Below the pieces are notes generated by a model. It was not told the DNA's origin. It made no database searches and was given only the letters and a program-made list of their open reading frames with translations. Positions 37,165 to 47,620 of a stretch of DNA of 64,000 nt are shown in pieces; positions within the stretch are counted from its first letter, which is position 1; each line of letters opens with the position of its first letter. The stretch comes from Candidatus Anderseniibacteriota bacterium (lineage in GTDB: Bacteria; Patescibacteriota; Andersenbacteria; UBA10190): NCBI GenBank assembly GCA_040900375.1, contig JBBDZC010000015.1, positions 8,366 through 72,365 of the forward strand. The letters are read 5' to 3'. A program made the position numbers and the translations under genes.

Positions 37165-38139
37165 ATGGTCAACATAGCGCTCATCGGCGTGGGCCGGTGG
37201 GGAATAAATATTTTACGGACCTTGCCCCGCATTGCTGGCTGTCGGGTAGCGGCAATCTGTAACACCGATACCACAGATGCTTCAGCGCTATTAACATCCC
37301 CCGCTGCCATTATCACCCGTGATTATCACGAGTTGCTCGGCCGCCCAGACATTGATGGCGTGATTATTGCTACCCCTGCTACTACCCACACAACTATCGC
37401 TCTCCCCTTCATCAAGCGGGGCACCCCTACGTTTATCGAGAAACCCTTAGCAACCGATGAAGTTTCTGCTGTCGCCCTCCAAGAAGCGGCCCGCCTTAAA
37501 AATACGCTTGTGATGGTAGGCCATATTCATCTCTATAATCCCGCCTATCTCACGCTCAAAAGCCTCGTCACAAAAATCGGCAAGATTCGTTTGGTGCTGT
37601 TCGAGGGCATGAATAATGGACCTTACCGCTCTGACACATCAGCCCTGTGGGATTGGGCCCCCCATGATGTCGCCCTCGCTCTTGATCTCTTACGCTCTGA
37701 ACCCGACCACATTCAAGCCTGGGGAATTAACGTCCTGCGCCCGACCACCAACTTATACGACGTCGCTGCTCTCAAAATGTCATTTCCTAATAACGTGCAA
37801 GTACTTTCCCTGGTAAGTTGGCTGTCACCAGAAAAACGCAAAAAACTTACCGTGATTGGCGAAAACAGTACCGTGGTCTTTGATGATACCGCCGCCAAAA
37901 AAGTTATTTTCTATGAGAACATGGGACCCCAGGTGCAAGCAGAAAACGTGACACGGCAAGAACCAACAATTTCTTATCCTCACTATAGCAGTGAGTCGCC
38001 GCTGCAGCGGGAACTTCAAGCTTTTATCCAAAGTATCTCCACTCACCAAGTTCCCCCAACGTCTCTTGAGCAAGGCGTGACTACCGTACGCATCATCGCC
38101 GCCGCCGAAAAATCTATTGCCGCTCACTCTAGCGCCTAG
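37165..38139 (+). CDS. Gfo/Idh/MocA-family oxidoreductase
   Basis: N-terminal IALIGVGRWG Rossmann plus the EKP motif (FIEKPLA) of the family. Confidence 0.8.
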   Translation: MVNIALIGVGRWGINILRTLPRIAGCRVAAICNTDTTDASALLTSPAAIITRDYHELLGRPDIDGVIIATPATTHTTIALPFIKRGTPTFIEKPLATDEVSAVALQEAARLKNTLVMVGHIHLYNPAYLTLKSLVTKIGKIRLVLFEGMNNGPYRSDTSALWDWAPHDVALALDLLRSEPDHIQAWGINVLRPTTNLYDVAALKMSFPNNVQVLSLVSWLSPEKRKKLTVIGENSTVVFDDTAAKKVIFYENMGPQVQAENVTRQEPTISYPHYSSESPLQRELQAFIQSISTHQVPPTSLEQGVTTVRIIAAAEKSIAAHSSA

Positions 38140-38321
38140 CGCGGTGGCACCTTCTTGCCCTTTCCCCGCGCCTCCGAGAGGCCAATGGCAACTGCTTGCT
38201 GCCGACTGGTTACCTTCTTGCCGCTGGGGCCGCTCTTGAGCTTGCCTCGTTTAAACTTATGCATTGCTCGCTCCACGTCTTTTTGTGCTCCTTGACTATA
38301 TTTAGGCATTGTCAATCTCAC
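38136..38321 (-). CDS. small basic protein, hypothetical
   Basis: 61-aa Lys-rich ORF (MPKYSQGAQKDVERAMHKFKRGKLKSG…), convergent with and overlapping the Gfo gene stop. Confidence 0.35.
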   Translation of the reverse strand: MRLTMPKYSQGAQKDVERAMHKFKRGKLKSGPSGKKVTSRQQAVAIGLSEARGKGKKVPPR

Positions 38322-38347
38322 CTCTCTTTCCCCCGGTGATTCAATTA

Positions 38348-38968
38348 TTAAAATCCCAACTTCTCTTGGACTAAAATAGCCGTTATCCGCCCCGCTGCTA
38401 GTTCTTTATTCACCACCAATATTTTACTAACGCCACTCCCGACTCCGTAAACTTTCCGTGCCCGTTCATCCTCCCGAGGCAGACTATACTCGTAGAGTCG
38501 CTTAATGCCCTCTTCCATGTTTTTTACCAATTTGTGCGTGCCAATAACCCAAATAACATGCTGGGCGCCGTAAGCATACGCCGGTAGTTGGCTACCAGTA
38601 TTCGACGCCACTAATATCTGCCCCGCCCGTGTTACTGCGTGCACACTGCCCACTACCCAGGCCGGTGCGGCACCCAAGCAGCGCATCTCCCGATCATCTT
38701 TCTCCTGATCTAAGGCATTAAGTTTTTTGCGGACCGAGGCGTAGCGAGTTGATTCTAAAATCTCTTTGACAACACTTATGCCCTCCAGCGTCATCGAAGT
38801 CATATTCATCACTTCCGCTCCCTCCGGCAGTAGCTCTAAAACTTTTGCTTTTGCTTCCGCCCCACTATCCACCACCAGAGTCGTAATCCCATTATTTGTC
38901 AGGGCCGCAGCTGTCGCATCCACCGTCGCTTGGTCCGCCAACTGACCAAATTGTGCATTAATTTCCAT
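38348..38968 (-). CDS. LUD-domain protein (YkgG/LutC-like)
   Basis: overall LUD/DUF162-like pattern (…VHAVTRAGQILVASNTGSQ…); start taken at MEINAQF. Confidence 0.55.
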   Translation of the reverse strand: MEINAQFGQLADQATVDATAAALTNNGITTLVVDSGAEAKAKVLELLPEGAEVMNMTSMTLEGISVVKEILESTRYASVRKKLNALDQEKDDREMRCLGAAPAWVVGSVHAVTRAGQILVASNTGSQLPAYAYGAQHVIWVIGTHKLVKNMEEGIKRLYEYSLPREDERARKVYGVGSGVSKILVVNKELAAGRITAILVQEKLGF

Positions 38969-39104
38969 AAATGTATCTCGTAGCATTCATGATACTGCGG
39001 CGTCAGCCTTTGTCGATAGAGATACAAGAAAATTAGCAGTTGTCTCGCCATAAGAAGCCCGGCAGTAGTGCCGGGATCTTCTTACCCGAGCAAGATTGTC
39101 GGCA

Positions 39105-39638
39105 TTATTGCTCCTTCTCGGTAACTTTCACTTCAACCTTCTTTGCTGCCGCCTCTGGCCGCTTAGGAATAGTAATAAAGAGCATACCATTTTTAGCAGA
39201 CGCCTCTACCTTGTTCGTATCTACTCCGCTGGGTAACTCAATCGAGCGCTGGAATGATCCCATCTCCCGCTCCAGGCGATACCACGTCTCACCTTTCTCT
39301 TCACGCTTTTCTTCAGTTTGGCCGCTCAACGTTAAAACATTGTCTTCCACCACGATATTGACGTGGCGGGGATCAACATTGGGCAAGTTGGCGCGAATAT
39401 GAACTTCTTTGTCGGTCTCGGAAACATCAACACGCGGCAACCATCCTTCCAGACGTGAACCAAGTAGGCGCGGGCCGGAACGTGCCAGTTCCCAGGGACT
39501 CCAAAAACTCTCTTCAAACAATCGGCCCATAATTTCCCGTAGAGGCATAGCTTCACTCTCGCCAGTCTGTGGTGCAAGCTCTGCAGGATTTTTTCGACGA
39601 TGAACAGGCATTTTCATAACAAACATCACCTCCTTCAA
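39105..39638 (-). CDS. Hsp20/alpha-crystallin small heat-shock protein
   Basis: alpha-crystallin domain (VDVSETDKEVHIRANLPNV…NGMLFITIPK). Confidence 0.85.
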   Translation of the reverse strand: MKEVMFVMKMPVHRRKNPAELAPQTGESEAMPLREIMGRLFEESFWSPWELARSGPRLLGSRLEGWLPRVDVSETDKEVHIRANLPNVDPRHVNIVVEDNVLTLSGQTEEKREEKGETWYRLEREMGSFQRSIELPSGVDTNKVEASAKNGMLFITIPKRPEAAAKKVEVKVTEKEQ

Positions 39639-39748
39639 CTTACGTTAAAAATGCGAGGCCGGACCGATCACGCCCTACCCACGTACCCCAAAGATGCCTA
39701 AATTAAAAACACCGTCAAGAGTTTTAAGCGCTAACCACCAGCCTACTT

Positions 39749-40456
39749 CTAAGGTAAAGACAACAGGCGATTAAGAAGCTCAAAGTTGGCAAAACGATTA
39801 AGGGTTTGCGTAAAAATAAGCGCGCCGAGAAAGATAAGAATAATGCCAAAAGCGCGATTTACGTAGACCGCCCAGCGACCAAAGCGAACGATGAGGGCTG
39901 TTGCTTGACTTGTAAATAAACCAACCAGCAGCAGCGGGATGCTAAAACCAAGAGAATACGACAGCAGCAGGGTAAAGGCACTGCCCGGTTGGGTAGTCGC
40001 TAAACCCAAGATTCCACCCAAGACGGCTCCGACGCACGGTGTCCACCCCGCCGCAAAAGCCGCCCCGAAGACTACCGACATAATGAGCCGAGAAGATGAG
40101 ACCGGCGCTACTCGCAACCTATATTCCCGCTCAAACATAGGTAGTCGTATAAGCCCCAATAAAGAGAGCCCGAAAATGCCAATGACGATCCCGCCGACTC
40201 GAGACAGCCAAAGCTGAACATCATACGCCACTTGCTCAAGCAGTGTTGTGAGTGCCACGCCAAGGACCGCGAAGACCAAGCTAAAGCCAAACACAAACGC
40301 CACGCTGTTGAGAAAAATATCAGCACGGGAAGAAGATTGGGCCCCGGTGCCACCCGCTAGGTACACAAGGTAACCTGGCAAGAGAGGCAGAACACAGGGA
40401 GAAAGAAAGGAGACTAACCCGGCAACAAAAGCAATCGCTAACGGCAATTCAGCCAT
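39749..40456 (-). CDS. ccdA: cytochrome c-type biogenesis / thiol-disulfide transporter CcdA (DsbD beta-domain family)
   Basis: 6-TM protein with cysteines in TM1 and TM4 (LSPCVLPLLPGY…WTPCVGAVLGG). Confidence 0.8.
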   Translation of the reverse strand: MAELPLAIAFVAGLVSFLSPCVLPLLPGYLVYLAGGTGAQSSSRADIFLNSVAFVFGFSLVFAVLGVALTTLLEQVAYDVQLWLSRVGGIVIGIFGLSLLGLIRLPMFEREYRLRVAPVSSSRLIMSVVFGAAFAAGWTPCVGAVLGGILGLATTQPGSAFTLLLSYSLGFSIPLLLVGLFTSQATALIVRFGRWAVYVNRAFGIILIFLGALIFTQTLNRFANFELLNRLLSLP

Positions 40457-40462
40457 ATGCCC

Positions 40463-41095
40463 TCACTGTGCAGCAGCCGTAATTTCTGTCAGGTAGCGGG
40501 CCTGCGCCCATGTCTCGGGCGATTTCAGTATCCGCTGGCCGCCCTTAATAAAAACTTTCGTGTGTTGGTAGGCTATACCATGCTCGCGCGCGAGGCTTTT
40601 TTCCTGGTCGTCAGTTTGGTTGTCGTTAAAGTTAACTCGAAAGCCAACCACGCCTGGTGTTGTCAGTTCATCAAACGCTGCCTGCATCTTCGGAAACTCC
40701 TCTCGGCAAATGGGGCACCAGTTAGCATAAAAATAGAGCACCACTAAATTTTCGGAGGCCAAAGCCCTAGCATAATCGGCCTGATTGAACTCCAAGAGGA
40801 GTGCTTGCTCCCCCGCTAAAACAGCGCCAGTATACGTGGCGGCTTCCCCGTGGCCAAGGGACTGCGCTCCACTCTCATTATTTACCAGCACTTCCGTTGA
40901 CTGATTACTTTCTCCCACTCTTTTTTCTAGTTCTTGGGCCTGTTCAAGCACGGAATGAGTATCTGTTCCAGAATCAGTAGTAGTCAAGCGTTGGGTCGTG
41001 ACAAAATAGGCCGCGCCTATGGCGATAGCAGTCATCACTACTATCAGACCAATCAGAGTAGCAAAGCCTTTTTCTCGGGTGACAGTGTGCTGCAT
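40463..41095 (-). CDS. TlpA/ResA-like thioredoxin-fold thiol-disulfide oxidoreductase, membrane-anchored
   Basis: WCPIC active site; N-terminal TM anchor; immediately downstream of ccdA. Confidence 0.7.
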   Translation of the reverse strand: MQHTVTREKGFATLIGLIVVMTAIAIGAAYFVTTQRLTTTDSGTDTHSVLEQAQELEKRVGESNQSTEVLVNNESGAQSLGHGEAATYTGAVLAGEQALLLEFNQADYARALASENLVVLYFYANWCPICREEFPKMQAAFDELTTPGVVGFRVNFNDNQTDDQEKSLAREHGIAYQHTKVFIKGGQRILKSPETWAQARYLTEITAAAQ

Positions 41096-41191
41096 AACAA
41101 TAGTGCTCTTGAATAAAATTTAAATCTAGGCTGCTATAAATACAAGTGAATACTCTACCATCCTCCTGGTGTCTAGTGTTACGGTTAAGTC

Positions 41192-41884
41192 ATGAAAAAG
41201 TTTAAGATCTCTCTCATCGGCCTAGTGATTGGGGCAGCAACTGTCGCAATCTTTCTCCTCTGGCCCCGTTACTCTCTGGCCCCAACTGATCCTGTGTCAA
41301 GCGACCCAGCGCCCTCGCTGCCCGATAGTAGTCCGCCTCCATCACCTTCGCTGGCTACCGCGAGCGTGCCACCCCCTACTCTCATGCCCGCTGTATCACT
41401 GACGCCACCGATTGCAGAATTTAAGGAACGAATTACTAAAAAACCATTTGGTATTTACATTACGCCCGCCACTTCCCCTGTCCAGCCCGAGCGATTCACG
41501 GGTTACCACACGGGGGTCGACATAGAATACGCCGATAATCTAGGAAAAATTCCCGTTCAGGCAATCAGTGACGGGAAAGTTATTCAGGCAGGCCACGTAT
41601 CGGGTTATGGCGGGGTGGTGGTGATTGAACACCAGCTATCCGGCACCATACGGCTAGCTCTCTACGGCCACCTTGATCCGCAAGACCTGCCCCCTGTCGG
41701 CGCGCCAGTTAAGCAAGGCGAAACAATTGGCCAGCTGGGACAAGGGGGAACAAAGGAAACCGACGGGGAACGCAAGCATCTTCATTTTGCGATCCTCAAA
41801 GACCGTAAGATTGACCTGCGCGGGTACGTTCCTACGCCGAGCGAGTTAGAAAACTGGTTAGATCCCCAGCTCTTATTTCCTTAA
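41192..41884 (+). CDS. M23-family metallopeptidase (LytM-like)
   Basis: HTGVDI…GYGGVVVIEH…HLHFAI M23 motifs; N-terminal TM; Pro/Ser-rich linker. Confidence 0.8.
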   Translation: MKKFKISLIGLVIGAATVAIFLLWPRYSLAPTDPVSSDPAPSLPDSSPPPSPSLATASVPPPTLMPAVSLTPPIAEFKERITKKPFGIYITPATSPVQPERFTGYHTGVDIEYADNLGKIPVQAISDGKVIQAGHVSGYGGVVVIEHQLSGTIRLALYGHLDPQDLPPVGAPVKQGETIGQLGQGGTKETDGERKHLHFAILKDRKIDLRGYVPTPSELENWLDPQLLFP

Positions 41885-42271
41885 AACTGCTCGCCGAGTT
41901 TTAGGCGCAGAAGTGTGCTTAGTAATGTGAAACAAAATGTCGTCTACAGTACAGGGTTTTTCGACGTAGCCATCAGCGTTGACCGCGTGCGCCACCGTCT
42001 CAATTTCGGCATTACCAGACATAATAATAAGAGGAATGTGACAAGTAGCAGGTTGTCGCTTTAAATATTGCATCACCTGTTTGCTACCTTCTTCTCCTAA
42101 ACTAATGTCCAGAAAAATGATGGCCGGGAGGGCTTTTTTGAGCGCCCGCTGTAAGGCTTTGCTTGAGGCAAAAGCCGCCACAGTAAACCCTTCATCAGCA
42201 AGTAAAGCCTGCAGCGATTCTCTAATGCCTGGGTCATCATCCACAATCCACACTGACGGGAGAGGAGGCAT
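41873..42271 (-). CDS. response-regulator receiver-domain protein
   Basis: VWIVDDD…D…K receiver pattern (start taken at MPPLPSV); no output domain. Confidence 0.65.
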   Translation of the reverse strand: MPPLPSVWIVDDDPGIRESLQALLADEGFTVAAFASSKALQRALKKALPAIIFLDISLGEEGSKQVMQYLKRQPATCHIPLIIMSGNAEIETVAHAVNADGYVEKPCTVDDILFHITKHTSAPKTRRAVLRK

Positions 42272-42344
42272 GCCAGTACTGTAGCCAGCCTCTTCATCTC
42301 GCGCAAAGACGAATCTGTAAAAAAACTCTGGCACAACGGGAGAA

Positions 42345-42944
42345 TTGAGCCATAGTGGTGATATGTTAGAAACTCTGCAGAAAATATCCAAAAAAGAACA
42401 AATTGCGGCGCTGTATCTCCTTGGTATTACAGCCATCGAAGAGCTAGCTACCTTGACTCGAGCTAGCCCCAGTTATATTGCCAATGTTTTGCGCGAAGCA
42501 AATTTACTGGGCGGGTACTTTGATTTATACACTTCCAGTGACCGCCCGATGAACGTTTACTCCAAATTCTTTGCCGGCAAGCTCGGTTTTAAAAACAAAG
42601 CGGCCGCTCACCACAGCGTGCACTACATCGATACTCTCTACCATCAATTTGGCCGTATTGGTGATCCCGCCGGTCAGCACCATACTCTCGTCATGGCTCT
42701 GACAATGCGCAACCGCGCGCTGTGGAGTAACAAATTAGCGGAGGCAGAGGTTTTTGCCGCCTGGCTAAGAGCCCATCTTAAGCCGGTTGGATCATCTACT
42801 TCTCCCGCGACGGCCCTGATGGAAGATCATCTGGCGCGCCAAGGCAGTCACAGTAAGTCTCGCTCTCGCCGGCCTCGCTCCTCCTCACGCCCTCGTCAGT
42901 CAGAAAAAGCAGCTGTGAGTAATCCACCCCGATCCCGCTCTTAG
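42345..42944 (+). CDS. hypothetical protein with Ser/Arg-rich C-terminal tail
   Basis: 199-aa ORF; possible N-terminal HTH; tail SHSKSRSRRPRSSSRPRQSE. Confidence 0.35.
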   Translation: MSHSGDMLETLQKISKKEQIAALYLLGITAIEELATLTRASPSYIANVLREANLLGGYFDLYTSSDRPMNVYSKFFAGKLGFKNKAAAHHSVHYIDTLYHQFGRIGDPAGQHHTLVMALTMRNRALWSNKLAEAEVFAAWLRAHLKPVGSSTSPATALMEDHLARQGSHSKSRSRRPRSSSRPRQSEKAAVSNPPRSRS

Positions 42945-43227
42945 TGAGTTCTCACCGGTGATGAGCGAAAACAAATAGGTACGAGAACTAGGTCTTGGGG
43001 TGTGTTATCACGCAGCGAGTACGCAAAGGCTGGCAGCGTTCCCGTGGTCCCAGGCGGGATAGGGTCCCCTTTGCGCGTTGATCCTAAAGCTAGCAGCTCT
43101 CATGAAAACGCCGACTACCCCTGACAGTTTTCCCCACGGAAGAGTGCCAAATGCCCTAGAATCACCATACCCTTCTGTGGAATATTGTTGTTAGATTACC
43201 TCTCGCTATAATCTCCTAAAAACTACC

Positions 43228-45351
43228 ATGTTCAGACGCGGCTTTGCGATCGTTTCTTTGCTACTAATTATTTCTGCACTTGTGCCAGCGACTATTGTTA
43301 GCCTGGAAACGTACTACCAGTTTCGGCAGCATCTCGCCTCCAAAGAACATATCACCAGTTTAAGTACCACTGGCGTAGTCTTGCTTGATCGCTATGGTCA
43401 GCCGTTTTTTACTCTGTACCCCGGGCAACGAAAAAATTACCTGCCCTTGCACGAGATTCCCCTTTCCCTCCAGCAAGCTGTGATTGCCATGGAAGACCAG
43501 AGTTTTTACCACCACCCCGGCTTTTCCATACGCGGCATTATCCGTTCTATTTTCCTTAATATTCAACACCAAACATTTGCTTATGGCGGTTCAACCATCA
43601 CCCAGCAAGTAGTTAAAAACTCACTACTCTCTCCGCAAAAAAGTCTGAAAAGAAAATATCAAGAACTGGTCTTAAGTGTGGAACTAGAACGTCGTTATAC
43701 CAAAGACGATATTTTGGAGATGTATCTTAACACCGCGTACTTTGGCGAAGGCGCCGTCGGTGTCGAAAATGCCGCTCGGACCTACTTTGCGAAGCCTGCT
43801 CACGCTCTCACACTGGCCGAGTCAAGTTTGCTCGCTGCGCTTCTCCCCGCTCCTTCTTCCCTCTCTCCCCTCTCGGGTCACATCAAAAAAGCCGAGCAAC
43901 GCCAAGAGCGTGTCCTCCAGACTATGACTAGTCTCGGCTTTGTATCTGCTGCCGAACAACAATCTGCCCAAGAGACTGCCCTGCAATTCAATGACAAACC
44001 CAAGCCCGCCACGCTCTATGCCCCACACTTTGCCTTGATGGTTAAGCGCGAGCTCCTCGACACCTACACCGAAGACGAACTCGCTCGTTCAGGCTTCACG
44101 GTACAAACCACTCTTGATTTAGCCTGGCAGCAATATGCAGAAACAACTGTCGCCAATCGAGTCGAGGATATGAAACAGCAAAAGGCAACCAACGCGGCGG
44201 CCGTTGTCCTTGATCCCACCACCGGCAATATTAGAGCCCTAATAGGTAGTCGCGATTGGCACGCTGATAAATTTGGCAAAGTGAACATGGCCACCAGGCC
44301 CCGACAAACCGGTTCATCGTTTAAGCCAATTGTCTATGCGACCGCGTTTGAAGAGCAGATCATTACCCCCGCTACAGTTCTCACTGACCAGCCGACAACG
44401 TTTGGCCGTGATTACCGACCACAAAATTACGATCAGAAATTTCGTGGGAAAGTACTCGCTCGGCGCGCGCTGGCTAACTCTCTCAATGTTCCGACCGTCG
44501 AGGTTATGACCAAAACTGGCGTAGCGTCAGTCATTGAGCAAGCTCAAAACTTAGGTATTACCACGCTGCCAGAAAAAAATGACTACAACTTAGCGCTCGC
44601 CCTTGGCGCCGGCGAGGTATCTTTAGTAGAAATGACGAGTGCGTATGGTGCCTTTGCGCACGCCGGCCAACGATATCAACCGCTGATCGTTACCGAAGTC
44701 AGGGATAAGTTTCACCAGCCCGTCTACCGCGCTACCCCCCAGTATCAACAAGTCTTAAGCGCCGCGAGTGCCTTTATGATCTCCTCGATTCTGTCTGACG
44801 TGACAGCACGACGAGAAGTCTTTGGTAGTGCTCTGTCCCTGTCACAGCCAGCCGCCGTTAAAACTGGCACCACCGAAAACTACCGCGATGCGTGGACAAT
44901 TGGCTATACTCCCAATCTCGTTGTGGGCGTCTGGGTCGGCAATAACGACAATACGCCGATGCATAAAGTAGCTGGCGCCTTAGGCGCCGCCCCTATCTGG
45001 CGCGACCTCATGGAAGAATTTTTATCAGATATACCCATCGCTACCTTTACCCCGCCGGCCTCACTCGTCACCCAACCAGTTTGTCGCCACAATGGTTTGG
45101 CCTTAGCATACACGTCTCGCCGGGCTGGGTACCTCGAATACTTTGTCTCAGGGACCCAGCCAACCAAACGCTGTACCTGGATTCGTCCCACTCCTTCACC
45201 TCCAGTCGCCCCCTCGCCCAATGATCCGCCGCACGTTGTCAAAGATGAATCAGAATCAAATGACGAGGATGAGGACAAGGACTCAACTGAAAAACGCAAG
45301 GAGGCTGCCGCTCGACTCGACAAAAAGAATAAATCTCGTCAACAATCGTAA
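43228..45351 (+). CDS. class A penicillin-binding protein (glycosyltransferase GT51 + transpeptidase)
   Basis: GT51 motifs (EDQSFYHHPG, GGSTITQQ), transpeptidase SxxK/KTGT region; N-terminal TM. Confidence 0.85.
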   Translation: MFRRGFAIVSLLLIISALVPATIVSLETYYQFRQHLASKEHITSLSTTGVVLLDRYGQPFFTLYPGQRKNYLPLHEIPLSLQQAVIAMEDQSFYHHPGFSIRGIIRSIFLNIQHQTFAYGGSTITQQVVKNSLLSPQKSLKRKYQELVLSVELERRYTKDDILEMYLNTAYFGEGAVGVENAARTYFAKPAHALTLAESSLLAALLPAPSSLSPLSGHIKKAEQRQERVLQTMTSLGFVSAAEQQSAQETALQFNDKPKPATLYAPHFALMVKRELLDTYTEDELARSGFTVQTTLDLAWQQYAETTVANRVEDMKQQKATNAAAVVLDPTTGNIRALIGSRDWHADKFGKVNMATRPRQTGSSFKPIVYATAFEEQIITPATVLTDQPTTFGRDYRPQNYDQKFRGKVLARRALANSLNVPTVEVMTKTGVASVIEQAQNLGITTLPEKNDYNLALALGAGEVSLVEMTSAYGAFAHAGQRYQPLIVTEVRDKFHQPVYRATPQYQQVLSAASAFMISSILSDVTARREVFGSALSLSQPAAVKTGTTENYRDAWTIGYTPNLVVGVWVGNNDNTPMHKVAGALGAAPIWRDLMEEFLSDIPIATFTPPASLVTQPVCRHNGLALAYTSRRAGYLEYFVSGTQPTKRCTWIRPTPSPPVAPSPNDPPHVVKDESESNDEDEDKDSTEKRKEAAARLDKKNKSRQQS

Positions 45352-45369
45352 GCTCTAACCGCGATTATT

Positions 45370-46422
45370 TTAAGACTTAACATGTTCGTCAAAGAAAGCT
45401 GTTGTCCGCTGCATCACGACTGGCCAGGCTGTCGTAAATTCATGAGGTTGGGCCTCATAGACATGAAGTACGCTATTTTTTTTATTGTCTTGCAGAGCGA
45501 CGGCCAGCTCCTGCGACCACTGCAACGGCACTGAATCATCGGCTGAGCCATGGTGAATCGCTACAGGCGCTTGAATGTTGGGTAAGTAAGTTTTAGCCGA
45601 GATGCCCTGCCAAAATTGAGGATTGTCCGCTACGCTGCCAAATTGCTCAATAATTCGGCTCGCCAACTCTGGCCGCCGCACAATCCACCGCTCAAAGTTT
45701 TGGGTCGCATCCGCGCTAACGGGCGCCAATAAAACCGCTCCTTGAACAAGTTCTGGTTGGGTGACTAACACTCCCAGCGTGACCCCGCCACCCATGGAAT
45801 GACCTAACATGCCAATACGTTCGCCATCAACATAAGGTAGGTTAGCCGCGCGCAAGGCATAAACAACATTGATCACATCCTCAATATAGCCCAGTCGTAG
45901 ATTAAGATCGGTGGTGGGATCAGCATCAGAATCAGCGTGATTACGGTAATCAGGATGAACCACCACGTATCCCTGACGGGCTAAGTAGTCCTGCTCACGT
46001 TTGAGCCCGCGACCATTCGTATAAATCTGTGGATCAATGTAGCCATGATTTAAAATCAACACCGGAAACGGTCCTTCGCCACGCGGGGCATTCATGACAC
46101 CGGAGATTTTAAGATCACCACTCATATAGGTAATGTAGTAGCGCACATACGCTGCCTGCTCCGCCAATACTTGTCCGACCGTAAAATCTGTCCCTCGAAA
46201 GTCTTGCTGCTGCAGTTGCGCCAGCGATACAGAAGAGACAGGCAGTTCAGAAGAGGGTGCGGGCGGTGTGGGGACAGGTAAAGCAGTATCGGCGCGCTCA
46301 ACATCAAGCACCTCGGAAACATTTTCGCCCGCCGTTGGCCGCGATAAAAAACCGTAAGCGTAAGCTGCACCAGCAGCTAGGCTAATAACTAGGAGGCCTG
46401 CCCCGATTCGAAAAAAAGACAT
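45370..46422 (-). CDS. secreted alpha/beta hydrolase (S9/dienelactone-hydrolase-like)
   Basis: GHSMGG nucleophile elbow; signal/TM N-terminus. Confidence 0.7.
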   Translation of the reverse strand: MSFFRIGAGLLVISLAAGAAYAYGFLSRPTAGENVSEVLDVERADTALPVPTPPAPSSELPVSSVSLAQLQQQDFRGTDFTVGQVLAEQAAYVRYYITYMSGDLKISGVMNAPRGEGPFPVLILNHGYIDPQIYTNGRGLKREQDYLARQGYVVVHPDYRNHADSDADPTTDLNLRLGYIEDVINVVYALRAANLPYVDGERIGMLGHSMGGGVTLGVLVTQPELVQGAVLLAPVSADATQNFERWIVRRPELASRIIEQFGSVADNPQFWQGISAKTYLPNIQAPVAIHHGSADDSVPLQWSQELAVALQDNKKNSVLHVYEAQPHEFTTAWPVVMQRTTAFFDEHVKS

Positions 46423-46466
46423 ATTTTTACCATGCGTTGCCCGGCAAAAATCTGCAAGAGACTTAC

Positions 46467-47066
46467 TTAAGTCTGGGGGTTATCGGGAGTCGCTGCCTGA
46501 TCAGCGCCCCGAAATGCATACCAGCCTATTCCCAATAAGAAGACAAACAACACCGCAATGGTAATCAGTCGGCCTAAGCCTGGTACTAAGAGCCACAGGT
46601 GCGTACCAGCGACAAAGAAAGCCATGATACCGCCTAGCACAAAGCCTGCCGGCAATACCCGCACGGTCCGCACTAAGACACTGGCGGCCACTGCCAGGGT
46701 ACCGCCAATAGCAAAGACAAACAGAGACGTTTGGCGACTCTTTTCCTCCTGCAGTTGTCGCTCTCGCTCAAACCGCAAGGGACCTTGACAAAAGCCGGGT
46801 TCGATCGCTGTTTCTTCTTCAATGGTCGCCGGTACAGGTCTGCCCGGGGCACTGCCATCTCGCGTGGCTTCTATCCAACGGCCTCCCTCGGCCTCACATT
46901 GATCTGGGCTGCTGACATTAGGATAAGGTTCGTTAAATGGTAGCGGCGGCGGTGTAATCTGCACGGCAATACTCCGAAGCAACAGAATAAAAAGCAAGGC
47001 GAGGGCAACTGAATATGCCCCGCTTAAGAAAGTTCCGCCCCAGCGAAATGTAGTACGTTGCATCAC
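46467..47066 (-). CDS. membrane protein, hypothetical
   Basis: four TM segments; no motif. Confidence 0.35.
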   Translation of the reverse strand: MMQRTTFRWGGTFLSGAYSVALALLFILLLRSIAVQITPPPLPFNEPYPNVSSPDQCEAEGGRWIEATRDGSAPGRPVPATIEEETAIEPGFCQGPLRFERERQLQEEKSRQTSLFVFAIGGTLAVAASVLVRTVRVLPAGFVLGGIMAFFVAGTHLWLLVPGLGRLITIAVLFVFLLGIGWYAFRGADQAATPDNPQT

Positions 47067-47121
47067 ACCAAAAACATGGCTCTTTAGATGATAAAATATT
47101 CAACTACTGTCCGGCGCTGCG

Positions 47122-47481
47122 TTAGAATTTGATCATCTCGGCCACTGTAGCCACGAGTGGTAACTTGCGGCGTTGTCCCTGAAGAGCGGCGACAAAGCCC
47201 ATAATGACAAAAACAAACAGAACCAGATTTAACAACCAGCCAATTAAAGGAATAAACCCAAGAATAATCGAGGCGATAAAAATAACCAGACCCTGCTTGG
47301 CATGAAATTGTATGAAATCACTGTCGCGCTTCAGGAGCAACATAATTAGACTCACCACCCACAAATAGGAAATAGCTGCGAGCAGCCTTTCGTTCTGTCC
47401 CCCGCTTAGCTTGGACCCTCCTGCACCACCCAGGGGGGCAGCCGGCTGATTATTATCTGGCGGTGTTGATAATTGGTCCAT
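47122..47481 (-). CDS. DUF4870-like membrane protein
   Basis: ISYLW…HAKQ hallmark of the DUF4870 family; 3 TM. Confidence 0.45.
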   Translation of the reverse strand: MDQLSTPPDNNQPAAPLGGAGGSKLSGGQNERLLAAISYLWVVSLIMLLLKRDSDFIQFHAKQGLVIFIASIILGFIPLIGWLLNLVLFVFVIMGFVAALQGQRRKLPLVATVAEMIKF

Positions 47482-47620
47482 AAAGAGAAAAGCTAAGGAA
47501 AAAACTACACTAGTATAGTACTACACTCTGTGTAAGAATGTCACGAGCTCTCGTCAGGACTAATCGGTAATCCCTCATCGGCAGCGACATACTACAGCCA
47601 CTCCTTAAGTTGAGAAGAAG

